Below are positions 37,781 through 47,497 of a stretch of 64,000 nt of DNA, one piece after another. The position numbers and the translations under genes were made by a program. The DNA is taken from contig CBDUPA010000003.1 of the NCBI GenBank assembly GCA_965368975.1, forward strand, positions 288,001-352,000, given 5' to 3'. Under the pieces are notes generated by a model. The model did no database searches. It worked only from the letters and a program-made list of their open reading frames with translations, and was not told the origin of the DNA. Every line of letters starts with the position of its first letter. The first letter of the stretch is position 1. The DNA is from an uncultured bacterium. GTDB lineage: Bacteria > Acidobacteriota > Thermoanaerobaculia > Multivoradales > JAHZIX01.

Positions 37781-39067
37781 ATGTCACGCAACTTCGTCTG
37801 GACCTTACCTGTTCTGCTTCTTGCCCTGCTTCTTGGGCTGGCCGTCCTGCCGGCTTCCGCGCAGCGCGAGACTCACGCCTCCCGGACCACCCCTGGTGAT
37901 CTGATCGATCCCGCGGAGATCGCTGTTCCTGCCAATCGCCCCGATGTCAGCCGCGAGGCGGTGACCTTCACCTGGGCGCTCGATCCGGCGCACGAGATCG
38001 GCAAGGACGAGCCGACGTATCCGGTGGCGTATAGCCGGCAATATTGGCTGCGCGTCACGCCCGAAGAGCTGCGTGCAGGTGTGGCTCTACCGACCACCTC
38101 GGCCGGCGCGCTAGTGCGCGTGCAGAGTTTCGACGTCGATGGCGATGCCCGTCCAGTCGACATCGACGCCCTGCGCGTCGCCACCCCCGCCGGCGAGCTC
38201 TTGGTACGTGGCGCGGCGATGGACCTGCTGATCGACGCCGAGAAGATGGACGCCGCGAGCACGCCGTTCGCTACCGGTACCGCAGCCTTCCGGCTGCGCG
38301 GTGACCTGGGAGCGGGGGAGTTCGTGGTCAGCGGTGAGGTTTTCGACGCTGAGAGCCAGCGGGAAGATCCGGGTGCCGACATCGACAGCATCCTGTTCCA
38401 CGTCTTCGAGCCAAACAGTGACGCGGTGCTGGCCCTGGCTGCCAACCAGGGCCACTTTCTGCACAACAGCGTGGCTCGCTTCACGGTCGAGTTGCAAGCT
38501 GAGGACGTCACTTCCGTTGCCCAGATCGACGGCTTTCTCGCCGCGCCTTCCGGCCAGGCCTGGCCGGTGACCTTCACGCCTGCTGCTGACGGTGCCTACG
38601 TGGCGCGCGTGCCGCTGAACGCCAGTGGCGAAGCGGGCTACCGAGGGTTGTGGCAGGTCGAAGCCGTGGTCGAGGGAGACGCGAATGGCCAGCGCGTACG
38701 GCGCGCGGTGCACACGGCCTTCGCCGTCGCACTGCCGACTGCTCGTGTGACGGATGTCGCACGCCAGCGTCAGGACGGTGTCCGCACCGTGGATGTCGGC
38801 GTAGAGGTTGCCGTCGAAGGTCGCTACGAGGTGCGCGCGGTAGTCTATGGCACGAACACCGAAGGGCAGCTACGGCCGCTGGCAGCGGCGCACAGCGCGG
38901 CATGGCTGGAGCCGGGCGAAGGAACCCTGAGCCTGGGCTTCGATGCCCAGGCCCTGGCGCGCGAGGGCTTCGGAGCGCCGTTCGAAGTACGAGATCTGCG
39001 CCTGATCGACCAGGGTCGTATGAGCCTGCTGCAGGAGCAAGCGCGCGGTCCGCGTTTCGATAGCTGA
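37781..39067 (+). CDS. Secreted DUF4785-like beta-rich protein
   Basis: AAGGAG RBS and signal peptide. SRQYW, L..GVALPTT..GALVR, HVFEPNS, GRYEVR..VYGT, APFEVRDLRLIDQ resemble DUF4785. Confidence 0.72.
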   Translation: MSRNFVWTLPVLLLALLLGLAVLPASAQRETHASRTTPGDLIDPAEIAVPANRPDVSREAVTFTWALDPAHEIGKDEPTYPVAYSRQYWLRVTPEELRAGVALPTTSAGALVRVQSFDVDGDARPVDIDALRVATPAGELLVRGAAMDLLIDAEKMDAASTPFATGTAAFRLRGDLGAGEFVVSGEVFDAESQREDPGADIDSILFHVFEPNSDAVLALAANQGHFLHNSVARFTVELQAEDVTSVAQIDGFLAAPSGQAWPVTFTPAADGAYVARVPLNASGEAGYRGLWQVEAVVEGDANGQRVRRAVHTAFAVALPTARVTDVARQRQDGVRTVDVGVEVAVEGRYEVRAVVYGTNTEGQLRPLAAAHSAAWLEPGEGTLSLGFDAQALAREGFGAPFEVRDLRLIDQGRMSLLQEQARGPRFDS

Positions 39068-39114
39068 TTCGCCACGAGGTCGCTGTTTCCCGCAGCGGAA
39101 AGCGAGCTATCAGT

Positions 39115-39147
39115 AAGACCCGGGGAGGTTTCTCCCCGGGTCTTTTT
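39115..39147 (+). terminator. Rho-independent terminator
   Basis: AAGACCCGGGGAG-GTTT-CTCCCCGGGTCTT hairpin followed by a T run, 48 nt after the stop. Confidence 0.88.
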
Positions 39148-39402
39148 GCATCTAACCGGATCTGAGCTGTCCAGAAATACAAGATTCAAATATTGTCCAG
39201 GCGCTTCATCGAGCGCTGAGACTGTGCTATCTTCCAGCGCATTGTAGGTTTCGGCAAGAGCGGCGACGGAGTGACTCCCGCCGATGCACTCGCCGCAACT
39301 GATCCTCATCTCCATTAGCGCTGGTCCCTATCTGTTTCGGTATATAACTTGTGGTTCTTCTTGGGTCCAAAGCCGTTCCCCTTCCACATGTAAGGAGACA
39401 TC

Positions 39403-39903
39403 ATGCGTCATTCTCTGCAGGGAAGCGCCGCCTGGCTATTGTGTGCCACCGCGGTCCTCCTCCTCTGTGCTGTCCCGGCGATCGCCGCGGACACCACTTC
39501 TGAAGCAGTTCCCACACCCAACAGTCATGTATCCGAGACCGCGGTCGAAGCCGCGCAGATCCCGGTGCTCGACCTGAGCGGGTTCCTGGCCTTCATCGAC
39601 CCCGAGACCGGTGAGTTCCGGGCGCCGAACGAGCAGGAAGCCGCCGCGCTGGCGCAGGCTCTGCGCTTGCCGCAGCAGGCCCTACAGGCTCGTTCGCTAC
39701 AGGCCCCGACCGTCGAGTCCGTTACGCTCGACAACGGTGTCGCTGCCGAAAGTGTGCTGCTCGATCTGAGCAGCGTCAGCTTCAGCGTCGCCCGTGTGCA
39801 AGCCGATGGCAGCGTTGCGTTCGACTGTGGCATCGACCACGATCACAGCGCGCACACGGCCACCGCGACAGACACCAACACCGCCCAGCCGGGTGAAATG
39901 TGA
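39403..39903 (+). CDS. Small secreted protein with IDPETGExRAP motif and C-terminal CGxDHDH (copy 1)
   Basis: TAAGGAG RBS, signal peptide ending AIA, FIDPETGEFRAP, FDCGIDHDHS. Paralog at 41811. Confidence 0.85.
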   Translation: MRHSLQGSAAWLLCATAVLLLCAVPAIAADTTSEAVPTPNSHVSETAVEAAQIPVLDLSGFLAFIDPETGEFRAPNEQEAAALAQALRLPQQALQARSLQAPTVESVTLDNGVAAESVLLDLSSVSFSVARVQADGSVAFDCGIDHDHSAHTATATDTNTAQPGEM

Positions 39904-39920
39904 GACCGGGAGCCAAGACC

Positions 39921-41615
39921 ATGAAAAAGCACTTCGCTCTCGCGCTCCCTCTCGCCCTCCTCGCTCTGCTGACGGTGCCGGCCACGCCGGCTGCCGCTAG
40001 CGCGACGATCTTCGTCAACAACCTGGACGCCCCGGGCGTCGGTTTCAATGATCCCACGCCGGTGGCGCCGATCGGCGGCAACCCCGGTACCACCCTCGGT
40101 GAGCAGCGGCTCAACGTCTTCCAGTTCGCGGCAGACGCTTGGGGTTCGGTGCTGGACAGCGACGCCACGATCACCGTGGGTGCTGTCTTCGTGCCGCTGG
40201 GTTGCAGCCCGTTCGCCGCGACCCTCGGCTCGGCCGGTACCTTGCAGGTATTCTCGTTCAACTCGGCCTTCCAGCCGAACATCATTCCCAACGTTTGGTA
40301 CCACGTGGCTCTGGTCAACGCACTGATCGGTTTCGACGCCACGCCGGGTCCGCCGGACCCGTTCCTGGGGTTCGGTAACGACGAGATCTTCGCTTTCTTC
40401 AACAGCGCGATCGACAACAACCCCAACTGCCTGCCGGGTAACTGGTACTACGGCCTGGACCACGACAACGAGCTGATCGACGTCGACCTGCTGAGCGTCG
40501 TCATGCACGAGTTCGGCCACGGACTGGGCTTCGCCAACTTCACCAACGAGAGCACCGGTGCACCGCTGGGTGGCCGCACGGACATCTTCTCGGTGTACAC
40601 CTACGACAAGACCCTGGGCAAGACCTGGGCGCAGATGACCAACGCCGAGCGCCAGTTCTCGGCTGTCAACACCGGTAACGTGGTGTGGGTCGGCCCGAAC
40701 GTCACGGCCAACGCCTCGCGCTATCTTGCGCCGGGCACGGAAGTTGTGAGCAGCGTCGGCACCTTCGAGGCGCAGGGCGCCTTCTTCGGTCCGACTCTGG
40801 ACTTGACCGGCGTCAGTGGCAGCATCGAGCTGGCCGATGACGGCATCGGTGTGGCGACGGATGCTTGCGAGCCGCTGAACAACAGCTTCGCCGGCAACAT
40901 CGCGCTGGTCGACCGTGGCGGCTGCTCCTTCGTCCTGAAGGTGCAGAACGCCGAGGCGGCGGGTGCCAGTGGTGTCATCGTGGCCAACAATCAGCCGACC
41001 GGCCTGCCGCCGATGGGTGGTTCGACGGCGGTAGGTATTCCTTCCGTCGGCATCTCGTTCGACGACGGCAGTCTGGTCAAGGCCAACCTGCCGGGTGTCA
41101 GCGCGACGCTGCGTCAGAGCACCACCGGTCGCACGGGTACCGACATCAACGGCCTGGTGCGGTTGTACGCACCGCCGAGCGTCGCTTCTGGCTCGTCGCT
41201 GTCGCACTGGGATACCTCGGCGACGCCGAACCTGCTGATGGAGCCCTTCATCAGTGACGACCTGACGCCGGCTGTCGATGTCGACCTGACCCGCCACCTG
41301 TTCCAGGACCTCGGTTGGGAGCTGTGTGACAGCGACGGTGACGGCGTGCCGAACGCGGACGACGCCTGCCCGGCTTCTGATCTGGGTGCCACGGTCGTGA
41401 TCGACGGCTGCGACAGCGGCGTCGGCAACCTGCTGTTCGCCGATGGCTGCACGATCACCGACCTGGTGCTCGGCTGTGCCGACGGTGCCGGCAACCATGG
41501 GCAGTTCGTCAGCTGCGCGACCCAGACCGGCAATGGCCTGGTCGCCGCCGGTGTGATCAGCGGTTCCGACAAGGGCGCGATCACCAGTTGCGCTGCGCAG
41601 TCGAGCCTCCCCTGA
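39921..41615 (+). CDS. Secreted PA-domain zinc metallopeptidase (copy 1)
   Basis: Signal peptide, HEFGHGLGF, PA domain (DACEPL, IALVDRGGCSFVLKVQNAEAAGA), distal SHWD and LLMEP, DSDGDGVPNADDACP Ca-binding-like repeat, Cys-rich NHGQFVSC tail. Confidence 0.9.
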   Translation: MKKHFALALPLALLALLTVPATPAAASATIFVNNLDAPGVGFNDPTPVAPIGGNPGTTLGEQRLNVFQFAADAWGSVLDSDATITVGAVFVPLGCSPFAATLGSAGTLQVFSFNSAFQPNIIPNVWYHVALVNALIGFDATPGPPDPFLGFGNDEIFAFFNSAIDNNPNCLPGNWYYGLDHDNELIDVDLLSVVMHEFGHGLGFANFTNESTGAPLGGRTDIFSVYTYDKTLGKTWAQMTNAERQFSAVNTGNVVWVGPNVTANASRYLAPGTEVVSSVGTFEAQGAFFGPTLDLTGVSGSIELADDGIGVATDACEPLNNSFAGNIALVDRGGCSFVLKVQNAEAAGASGVIVANNQPTGLPPMGGSTAVGIPSVGISFDDGSLVKANLPGVSATLRQSTTGRTGTDINGLVRLYAPPSVASGSSLSHWDTSATPNLLMEPFISDDLTPAVDVDLTRHLFQDLGWELCDSDGDGVPNADDACPASDLGATVVIDGCDSGVGNLLFADGCTITDLVLGCADGAGNHGQFVSCATQTGNGLVAAGVISGSDKGAITSCAAQSSLP

Positions 41616-41670
41616 GCCTTCCATCCAGCGGCTAGTCGACCCTGACTTGGGGTAGACTGCCGATGAAGTG

Positions 41671-41695
41671 AAGGGCGGTCCTCGTGGCCGCCCTT
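41671..41695. terminator. GC-rich hairpin after peptidase copy 1
   Basis: AAGGGCGGTCC-TCG-TGGCCGCCCTT followed by a pyrimidine-rich tract. Confidence 0.5.
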
Positions 41696-41810
41696 CCTTG
41701 CCTCCGATCTGTTCCCTTGTCCCTCCAGCCGGTTCTCTCAAAGTTGCTCGTGGTTGCGATGTGTTTCCCTTTGGGTCCACCCAACTCACTTCCGATGTAA
41801 GGAGAGAACC

Positions 41811-42365
41811 ATGCGTCATTGCATGCAGGGACGTGCCGCTTCGTGGTCGCTTTGGACCGCGGCGGTACTACTGACGCTCGGTGTGACGTCGGCCCGTGCC
41901 GACGAGGCACTAGCAGCCACGAGCGCCGACGAGGCACTAGTAGCCACAAGCGCCGACGAGGCACTAGCAGCCACGAGCGCTGACGAGGCCACCCCAGTAG
42001 CCGAGGTCGCACCAGCGACCCTCGATTTGGGGGGCTTCCTGGCCTTCGCCGATCCCGAGACCGGCGAAGTGCGCGCGCCCAACGCTGAAGAAGCTGCCGC
42101 GCTCGCCCAGGCGCTGGGGAAGCGCGGTGTGCAACTGCACGCCCGCTCCGTCCAGCCGATCCAGGTCCGGACCTTGCCCAACGGCATGGAGGCGGCACTG
42201 CTGGGTCTGGAGTCGGTGAACTTCAGCTTTGCCCAGATCCAGGCGGACGGTTCCGTCGCGTTCACCTGTGGTCTGGATCACGACCACAGCGAAGATGTGT
42301 CCGCCCCTCGGACGGACAACCGCCAGGTCCATCAGCAACGCCGCGCCACGCGGCCCGTGATGTGA
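41811..42365 (+). CDS. Small secreted protein with DPETGExRAP motif and C-terminal CGxDHDH (copy 2)
   Basis: TAAGGAG RBS, signal peptide, FADPETGEVRAP, FTCGLDHDHS. Confidence 0.85.
   Translation: MRHCMQGRAASWSLWTAAVLLTLGVTSARADEALAATSADEALVATSADEALAATSADEATPVAEVAPATLDLGGFLAFADPETGEVRAPNAEEAAALAQALGKRGVQLHARSVQPIQVRTLPNGMEAALLGLESVNFSFAQIQADGSVAFTCGLDHDHSEDVSAPRTDNRQVHQQRRATRPVM
41898..41990 (+). repeat. 27-bp in-frame tandem repeat x3.4 (ADEALAATS)
   Basis: gccgacgaggcactagcagccacgagc repeated three times with 0-2 mismatches, plus a partial unit. Confidence 0.92.
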
Positions 42366-42376
42366 GGAGCCACGCC

Positions 42377-44170
42377 ATGAAGAATCTACGCTTCCTCCTC
42401 ACAGCCCTTGTCCTCGTCGCTCTGCTCGCGGCTCCGTCGGCTCCGGCCTTCGGCGACGCGACCTTCATCATCAACAACCTGGATCCACCGGGTGCAGGTT
42501 TCAACGATCCGACACCGGTGGCACCGGTGGGCGGCAACCCGGGGGTGACCTTGGGCGAACAGCGCTTGAACGTCTTCGAGTACGCTGCGGCCGCTTGGGG
42601 ACAGGTGATCGACAGCGACGTTGACATCGTCGTCGGTGCCGTCTTCGTGCCTCTGGGTTGCAGCCCCTTCGCGGCGACCTTGGGTTCGGCCGGCTCGCTG
42701 CAGGTCTTCGCCTTTCCGCCGGGCTTCCTGCCCAACGTCGTGCCGGAAGTCTGGTACCACTCGGCTCTGACCAATGCTCTGGCTGGCTTCGATGCCACTC
42801 CCGGTCCGCCGGACCCGTTCCTTGGCTTCGGCAACGACGAGATCTTCGCCTTCTTCAACAGCGCGATCGACAACAATCCCGACTGCTTGCCCGGCAACTG
42901 GTACTACGGTTTGGATCACAACAACGACCCCGTGGACGTCGACCTGCTGTCGGTGGTGATGCACGAGTTTGCGCATGGCCTTGGTTTTGCCAACTTCACC
43001 AACGAGACGACCGGTGCCCCGCTGGGCGGCCGTACCGATATCTTCTCCGTATTCACTCTCGATACGACGCAGAACAAGACCTGGGCCGAGATGACCGACG
43101 CCGAGCGTCAAGCTTCGGCGATCAATGATGGCAACGTGGTGTGGAACGGCGCCAACGTGACCGACAACGCACCTCGTTACTTGAACGCGCGGCCGCAGCT
43201 GGTGGTCAACAAGCCGTCAGCGTACCGGGCCACCTACCCAGCGCAGGACGCTGAGTTCGGGCCCGCGCTGTCGGACTTCGGCAAGCTCGGCAAGCTGGTG
43301 CTGGCGGACGACGGAGTCGGCGAGGCCGCCGATGCCTGTGAGCCGCTGACCAACAACGTCAATCGTCGCATCGTCCTGGTCGATCGTGGTTCCTGCTCCT
43401 TCGTGCAGAAGGTGCTGAACGCGCAGGCCGGCGGCGCGCGCGCGGTGGTCGTCGCCAACAACCTGCCGGACGGTCTTCCGCCGATGGGCGGCGCCGATCC
43501 GACGGTCACCATCCCGTCCATCGGCGTCTCGCAGGCGGCGGGTGACGATCTCAAGGCGGCACTGGCGTCACTCGACGATCTACGTGTCACGGCAACTGAT
43601 GACGAGAGCGCAGATGCCGACGAGGCGGACAAGTTCTTCTTCGGCGGTAGCGTCGTGGTGACCTTGAACCGCAACCAGGATCTGCGGATCGGTGCCAACG
43701 ATGCCGGGCAGGTGTTGATCTACGCGCCGCCGGTCGTGCAGTCGGGCTCGTCGCTGTCGCACTGGGACACGTCGGCGACGCCGAACCTACTGATGGAGCC
43801 CTTCATCAGTGATGACCTGACACCGGCTGTCGATGTCGATCTGACGCGGCACCTGTTCCAGGACATCGGCTGGCTCCTGGCCGACAGTGATGCTGACGGT
43901 GTGCCCAACGCCGACGACATGTGCTCGGCATCGGACCTGACGCCGACGGTGGTGATTGATGGCTGCGACAGCGGTGCCGCCAACGTGCTCCTGGACGATG
44001 GCTGCAGCGTCAGTGACGAGTTGCAGCAGTGTGCGGACGAAGCCAACAACCACGGTCAGTACGTGCTGTGCGTGGCGGCGAAGACCACGACCTTGTGGCT
44101 GTTCCACATCATCAGCGGCTCGGACGCACTAGCGATCAACGCTTGTGCGCTGCAGTCGAGCCTGCCCTGA
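42377..44170 (+). CDS. Secreted PA-domain zinc metallopeptidase (copy 2)
   Basis: GAGGAG RBS. HEFAHGLGF, PA domain (VLVDRGSCSFVQKVLNAQAGGA), SHWD, LLMEP. Clear paralog of 39921-41615. Confidence 0.9.
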   Translation: MKNLRFLLTALVLVALLAAPSAPAFGDATFIINNLDPPGAGFNDPTPVAPVGGNPGVTLGEQRLNVFEYAAAAWGQVIDSDVDIVVGAVFVPLGCSPFAATLGSAGSLQVFAFPPGFLPNVVPEVWYHSALTNALAGFDATPGPPDPFLGFGNDEIFAFFNSAIDNNPDCLPGNWYYGLDHNNDPVDVDLLSVVMHEFAHGLGFANFTNETTGAPLGGRTDIFSVFTLDTTQNKTWAEMTDAERQASAINDGNVVWNGANVTDNAPRYLNARPQLVVNKPSAYRATYPAQDAEFGPALSDFGKLGKLVLADDGVGEAADACEPLTNNVNRRIVLVDRGSCSFVQKVLNAQAGGARAVVVANNLPDGLPPMGGADPTVTIPSIGVSQAAGDDLKAALASLDDLRVTATDDESADADEADKFFFGGSVVVTLNRNQDLRIGANDAGQVLIYAPPVVQSGSSLSHWDTSATPNLLMEPFISDDLTPAVDVDLTRHLFQDIGWLLADSDADGVPNADDMCSASDLTPTVVIDGCDSGAANVLLDDGCSVSDELQQCADEANNHGQYVLCVAAKTTTLWLFHIISGSDALAINACALQSSLP

Positions 44171-44237
44171 GCCTCAGCTCAGGACCAGCCCTCGACGTGA
44201 ACGCTACTTCCAGGCTCTAAAGGCCTGGGCGTGGAGA

Positions 44238-44261
44238 AGGGCGGCCCACCGGGGCCGCCCT
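44238..44261. terminator. GC-rich hairpin between convergent genes
   Basis: AGGGCGGCCC-ACCG-GGGCCGCCCT perfect 10-bp stem. Confidence 0.55.
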
Positions 44262-44310
44262 GGAACTGCTCACAGAGTCCGAGACGCTCTCGGCCTGGGG
44301 GGAGGTGGTT

Positions 44311-45519
44311 TCAGCCGGCACCCTTGCGCGCCATGCAGTCTTCCATGCTCGGTGGAATCGCCCCGCGGTTGAGTTCCGCCGTGATCTCCTGGCGGCACGC
44401 CTGCTCGACCCGTTGGCGTCGTTCCTCGGCGTCGAGGCGAGCGTTGTCTCGAAAGATCTGCTCGTTCTTCTCGACTCGCGCCAGCGCGTCGGTATCGCCG
44501 GCCTGCGTATAGGCCTCCTTGGCCTCGTCGAAGTAGTCCGGCTCCGGCAGCTTCTCGTAGATGCTGCCCAGCTGCCGCCAGATCCGTGTCTGCGAGTCTG
44601 CGGGCGCCAGGCCTTGGGCGCGCTTGAGTTCGCTTTCGGCGGTCCTGTAGTCCTGCCTGCCGAGCAGGATCTGGCCGCGGTAGAACGCGGGCTCCCAGGC
44701 CGCCGGATCGGCCTCGGCGGCCTTGCCGAAGGTGCTGAAGGCGGCGTCCTCACGGCCCGCTTGCAACTGCAGGTTGCCGAGTAGGGAGAGCGTCTCGCCG
44801 CTGGCATCGAGGCGGGCTAGTCCCTCGCCGACCGCTGCCGCCCGGCTGTAGGCCGCGGCCTTGCCGGTTTCGGGAGCCTGACGCGCGTCACGGACCAGGG
44901 CGGAGAGATAGAGCCGCTGCGCGTCGGCATCGTCGGGGTCCAACTCGGCGCTGCGTTGCAGAGCTGGCAAAGCCCGCTCCAGATCGCCGTGCCTGAGTTC
45001 CAGCGAGCCATAGGTCCGCTGCAGCTTGGCGTTATCCGGCTCCAGGCGGACGGCGTGGGCCAGATCCGAGAGTGCCTCGGAGGGGTGTCCCGCTTGTAGC
45101 AAGGCTTGGCCCCGAAGCTGATACAGGGTGCCGCGATTGGCTTCGGGCAGCGAACGCGCATCGACCTTGCCCAGGATGGTCGCAGCCTGGTTGGCCTGAC
45201 CGAGTTCGAGGTAGGTGCGCCCGAGCGTCAGCACCGTTGTGCCGTCGTCGGGCTTGAGCTCGTGCGCCCGACTCAGGTGCGCGACGGCATCTTGCTTGCG
45301 GTTCAGGGCGAGCAGCGAACGGCCGAGCATCAGGTGTCCACCGGGCCAGTCTGGTTGCAGGTCGACGACGTGCTGGAAATTCTGTGCGGCGGTGGTGTAG
45401 TCGCCACCACGGAAAGCGGTGACCCCGGTCTGCCAGTCGGCCGCGGCAGGCAAGGCGGTGAGGGCGAGCAGCGCCAGCAGTGGCGCCAGAGTGCGCAGGA
45501 AGTTGGGGGAACGCAGCAT
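44311..45519 (-). CDS. Secreted tetratricopeptide repeat protein
   Basis: AAGGAGG RBS before MLRSPNF, signal peptide ending AAA, successive TPRs (LQPDWPGGHLMLG, LKPDD..LTLG, LEPDN..YG, LDPDD). Confidence 0.85.
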   Translation of the reverse strand: MLRSPNFLRTLAPLLALLALTALPAAADWQTGVTAFRGGDYTTAAQNFQHVVDLQPDWPGGHLMLGRSLLALNRKQDAVAHLSRAHELKPDDGTTVLTLGRTYLELGQANQAATILGKVDARSLPEANRGTLYQLRGQALLQAGHPSEALSDLAHAVRLEPDNAKLQRTYGSLELRHGDLERALPALQRSAELDPDDADAQRLYLSALVRDARQAPETGKAAAYSRAAAVGEGLARLDASGETLSLLGNLQLQAGREDAAFSTFGKAAEADPAAWEPAFYRGQILLGRQDYRTAESELKRAQGLAPADSQTRIWRQLGSIYEKLPEPDYFDEAKEAYTQAGDTDALARVEKNEQIFRDNARLDAEERRQRVEQACRQEITAELNRGAIPPSMEDCMARKGAG

Positions 45520-45776
45520 GAGAGACCTCCTTCGGGGGATCCGCGGAGCCGGAAGCGGCTCCCTGTACTGGTTATGACAACGGAGGCGGACTGATTTGTT
45601 CCGATTCGCCGCAGAAAGAGACATTTCATGATTGTCGTGTGAGCTGTTGCACTTCGGTCTGAGGGTCTCAGCACCAGGGGAGAGTGCGGGGTGGTTGATA
45701 GATTCATAGCTACTTTGGTATATTCGGCGAAGTTGCTTTGTGACGAGTCCTCCCCCAAGGACGAGCAGGCAGGGAG

Positions 45777-47477
45777 ATGAAGATGAGCGAGGTTTCGACA
45801 CGCCCGCGTGAGGCGGGTTTCAGCCGGCGTTCCTTGTGGGGAGGTCGGCAACGGCCCAAGAGCCACGAGACGCGCCGCCAGGTACAGCCGCTGCGCTCGG
45901 CAGAGCGGCACCGGCAGCGGGTACGAGCGACAGAGAAGAGCAACGCCGGCAGTGTGCCACCGCTGGCGGTCATCGCCCTCAACCGCATGGGCTTTGGCCC
46001 GCGCCCCGGCGATCTCGAAGCTTTCGACACTCTTGGTGCAACGGACGAGGCGCGCTTGCAGGCCTACGTCGACCAGCAACTCGACCCGGCGTCGATCGAC
46101 GACAGCGCCCTCGACACTCGCTTGGCTGCCGCCGGCTACACCACGCTCGGCAAAGGTGCCGCGCAGCTGTGGGCCGACCACGTGACGCCGGATCCGCCGT
46201 GGGAGGTGCGCATGCGACCGGTGGCTGAGAGTGAGCGGGCGGTCTTCCTACGCGCCGTTCACAGCCGCCGGCAACTGGTCGAAGTTCTGGCGGACTTCTG
46301 GCACAACCACTTCAACGTCTATGCCTGGGAGTATTCGACCGGGCCGCTGTGGGTGAGCTACGACCGCGACGTCATTCGCGGCCACATGCTGGGCAACTTT
46401 CGCGCCTTCCTGGAAGCCGTGGCGACCAGCGTGCCGATGCTCTACTACTTGGACAATTACACCAACAGCAACGGCGGTCCGAATGAGAACTACGCCCGTG
46501 AGCTGTGTGAACTGCACGGCTTCGGCGCCGAGAACTACCTCGGAGTCCTGCGTCAGAATCTGGTGCCCGAGGAGAATGGAGTACCGGTCGGCTACGTCGA
46601 CGACGACGTCTACGAAGCAACGCGCGCGTTCACCGGTTGGACGATCGACTGGGATACCGGCCAGTTCATGTATCGCGTTGACTGGCACGACCGTTTCCAG
46701 AAGAACGTGCTCGGGGTCTTCCTGCCCGCAGATCAACCGGATCTGCGCGACGGTCGCGACGTGCTCGACGCCATCGCCGCTCACCCGGGCACCGCGCGCT
46801 TCATCGCGCGCAAGCTGTGCCGACGCCTGATCGCCGACGAGCCGCCGCAGAGCGTCGTCGACGCGGCGGCGGCCGTGTTCTCGGCACAACAGGCCGCGCC
46901 CGATCAGCTGGCACAGGTGGTGCGCACGATCTTGCTGTCCCCGGAACTCGCCACGACCTGGGGCGAAAAGGTCAAGCGGCCGTTCGAGCTGGCGGTCAGT
47001 GCTCTGCGGGCCACCGGTGCCGAACTCGACCTGCGTCTCGGCCACGGTACCTCGGACACCTTCATGTGGCTCTATGGGCAAACGGGCCAATTGCCGTTCC
47101 GCTGGCGTCCGCCCAATGGCTATCCAGACTTCAAGGAGGACTGGCTGAGCACGACGCCGCTACTGATGAGCTGGCGCTTGATCAACTGGCTGGTCGACGA
47201 GACAGACGGATCCGTCACCGGTAATCCCCACATCATCGATGCCGTCGGACAGACGCCAGTGCACGTGCGCACGGCCACCGAGTTGGTCGACTTCTGGAGC
47301 CAGCGCCTGCTCGGTCGGGCTCTGTGTGCCGCAGAGCGGCAAGAAGTGCTCGATTTCATGGCCGCAGGTCGCAATCCCGATCTCGACCTGCCTGTGACGA
47401 CCGACGAGGACGTCCAGGAGCGCCTGCGCTCGATGCTCGGCCTGTTGCTCATTTCCCCCGAGTTCCTGCTGCGTTGA
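45777..47477 (+). CDS. DUF1800 family protein
   Basis: LNRMGFGPRPG, FWHNHFNV, MLYYLDN, PNENYARELCELH, TARFIARKL, KVKRPFE, PPNGY, SPEFLLR. Start at 45777 or 45783. Confidence 0.9.
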   Translation: MKMSEVSTRPREAGFSRRSLWGGRQRPKSHETRRQVQPLRSAERHRQRVRATEKSNAGSVPPLAVIALNRMGFGPRPGDLEAFDTLGATDEARLQAYVDQQLDPASIDDSALDTRLAAAGYTTLGKGAAQLWADHVTPDPPWEVRMRPVAESERAVFLRAVHSRRQLVEVLADFWHNHFNVYAWEYSTGPLWVSYDRDVIRGHMLGNFRAFLEAVATSVPMLYYLDNYTNSNGGPNENYARELCELHGFGAENYLGVLRQNLVPEENGVPVGYVDDDVYEATRAFTGWTIDWDTGQFMYRVDWHDRFQKNVLGVFLPADQPDLRDGRDVLDAIAAHPGTARFIARKLCRRLIADEPPQSVVDAAAAVFSAQQAAPDQLAQVVRTILLSPELATTWGEKVKRPFELAVSALRATGAELDLRLGHGTSDTFMWLYGQTGQLPFRWRPPNGYPDFKEDWLSTTPLLMSWRLINWLVDETDGSVTGNPHIIDAVGQTPVHVRTATELVDFWSQRLLGRALCAAERQEVLDFMAAGRNPDLDLPVTTDEDVQERLRSMLGLLLISPEFLLR

Positions 47478-47497
47478 GCCGCGAGAGGAGATTTACG

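Noticed and set aside
41898-41990. 27-bp repeats as a possible mini-CRISPR
   Set aside because: The units are directly adjacent with no spacers and are in frame within a CDS; no cas genes are in the window.
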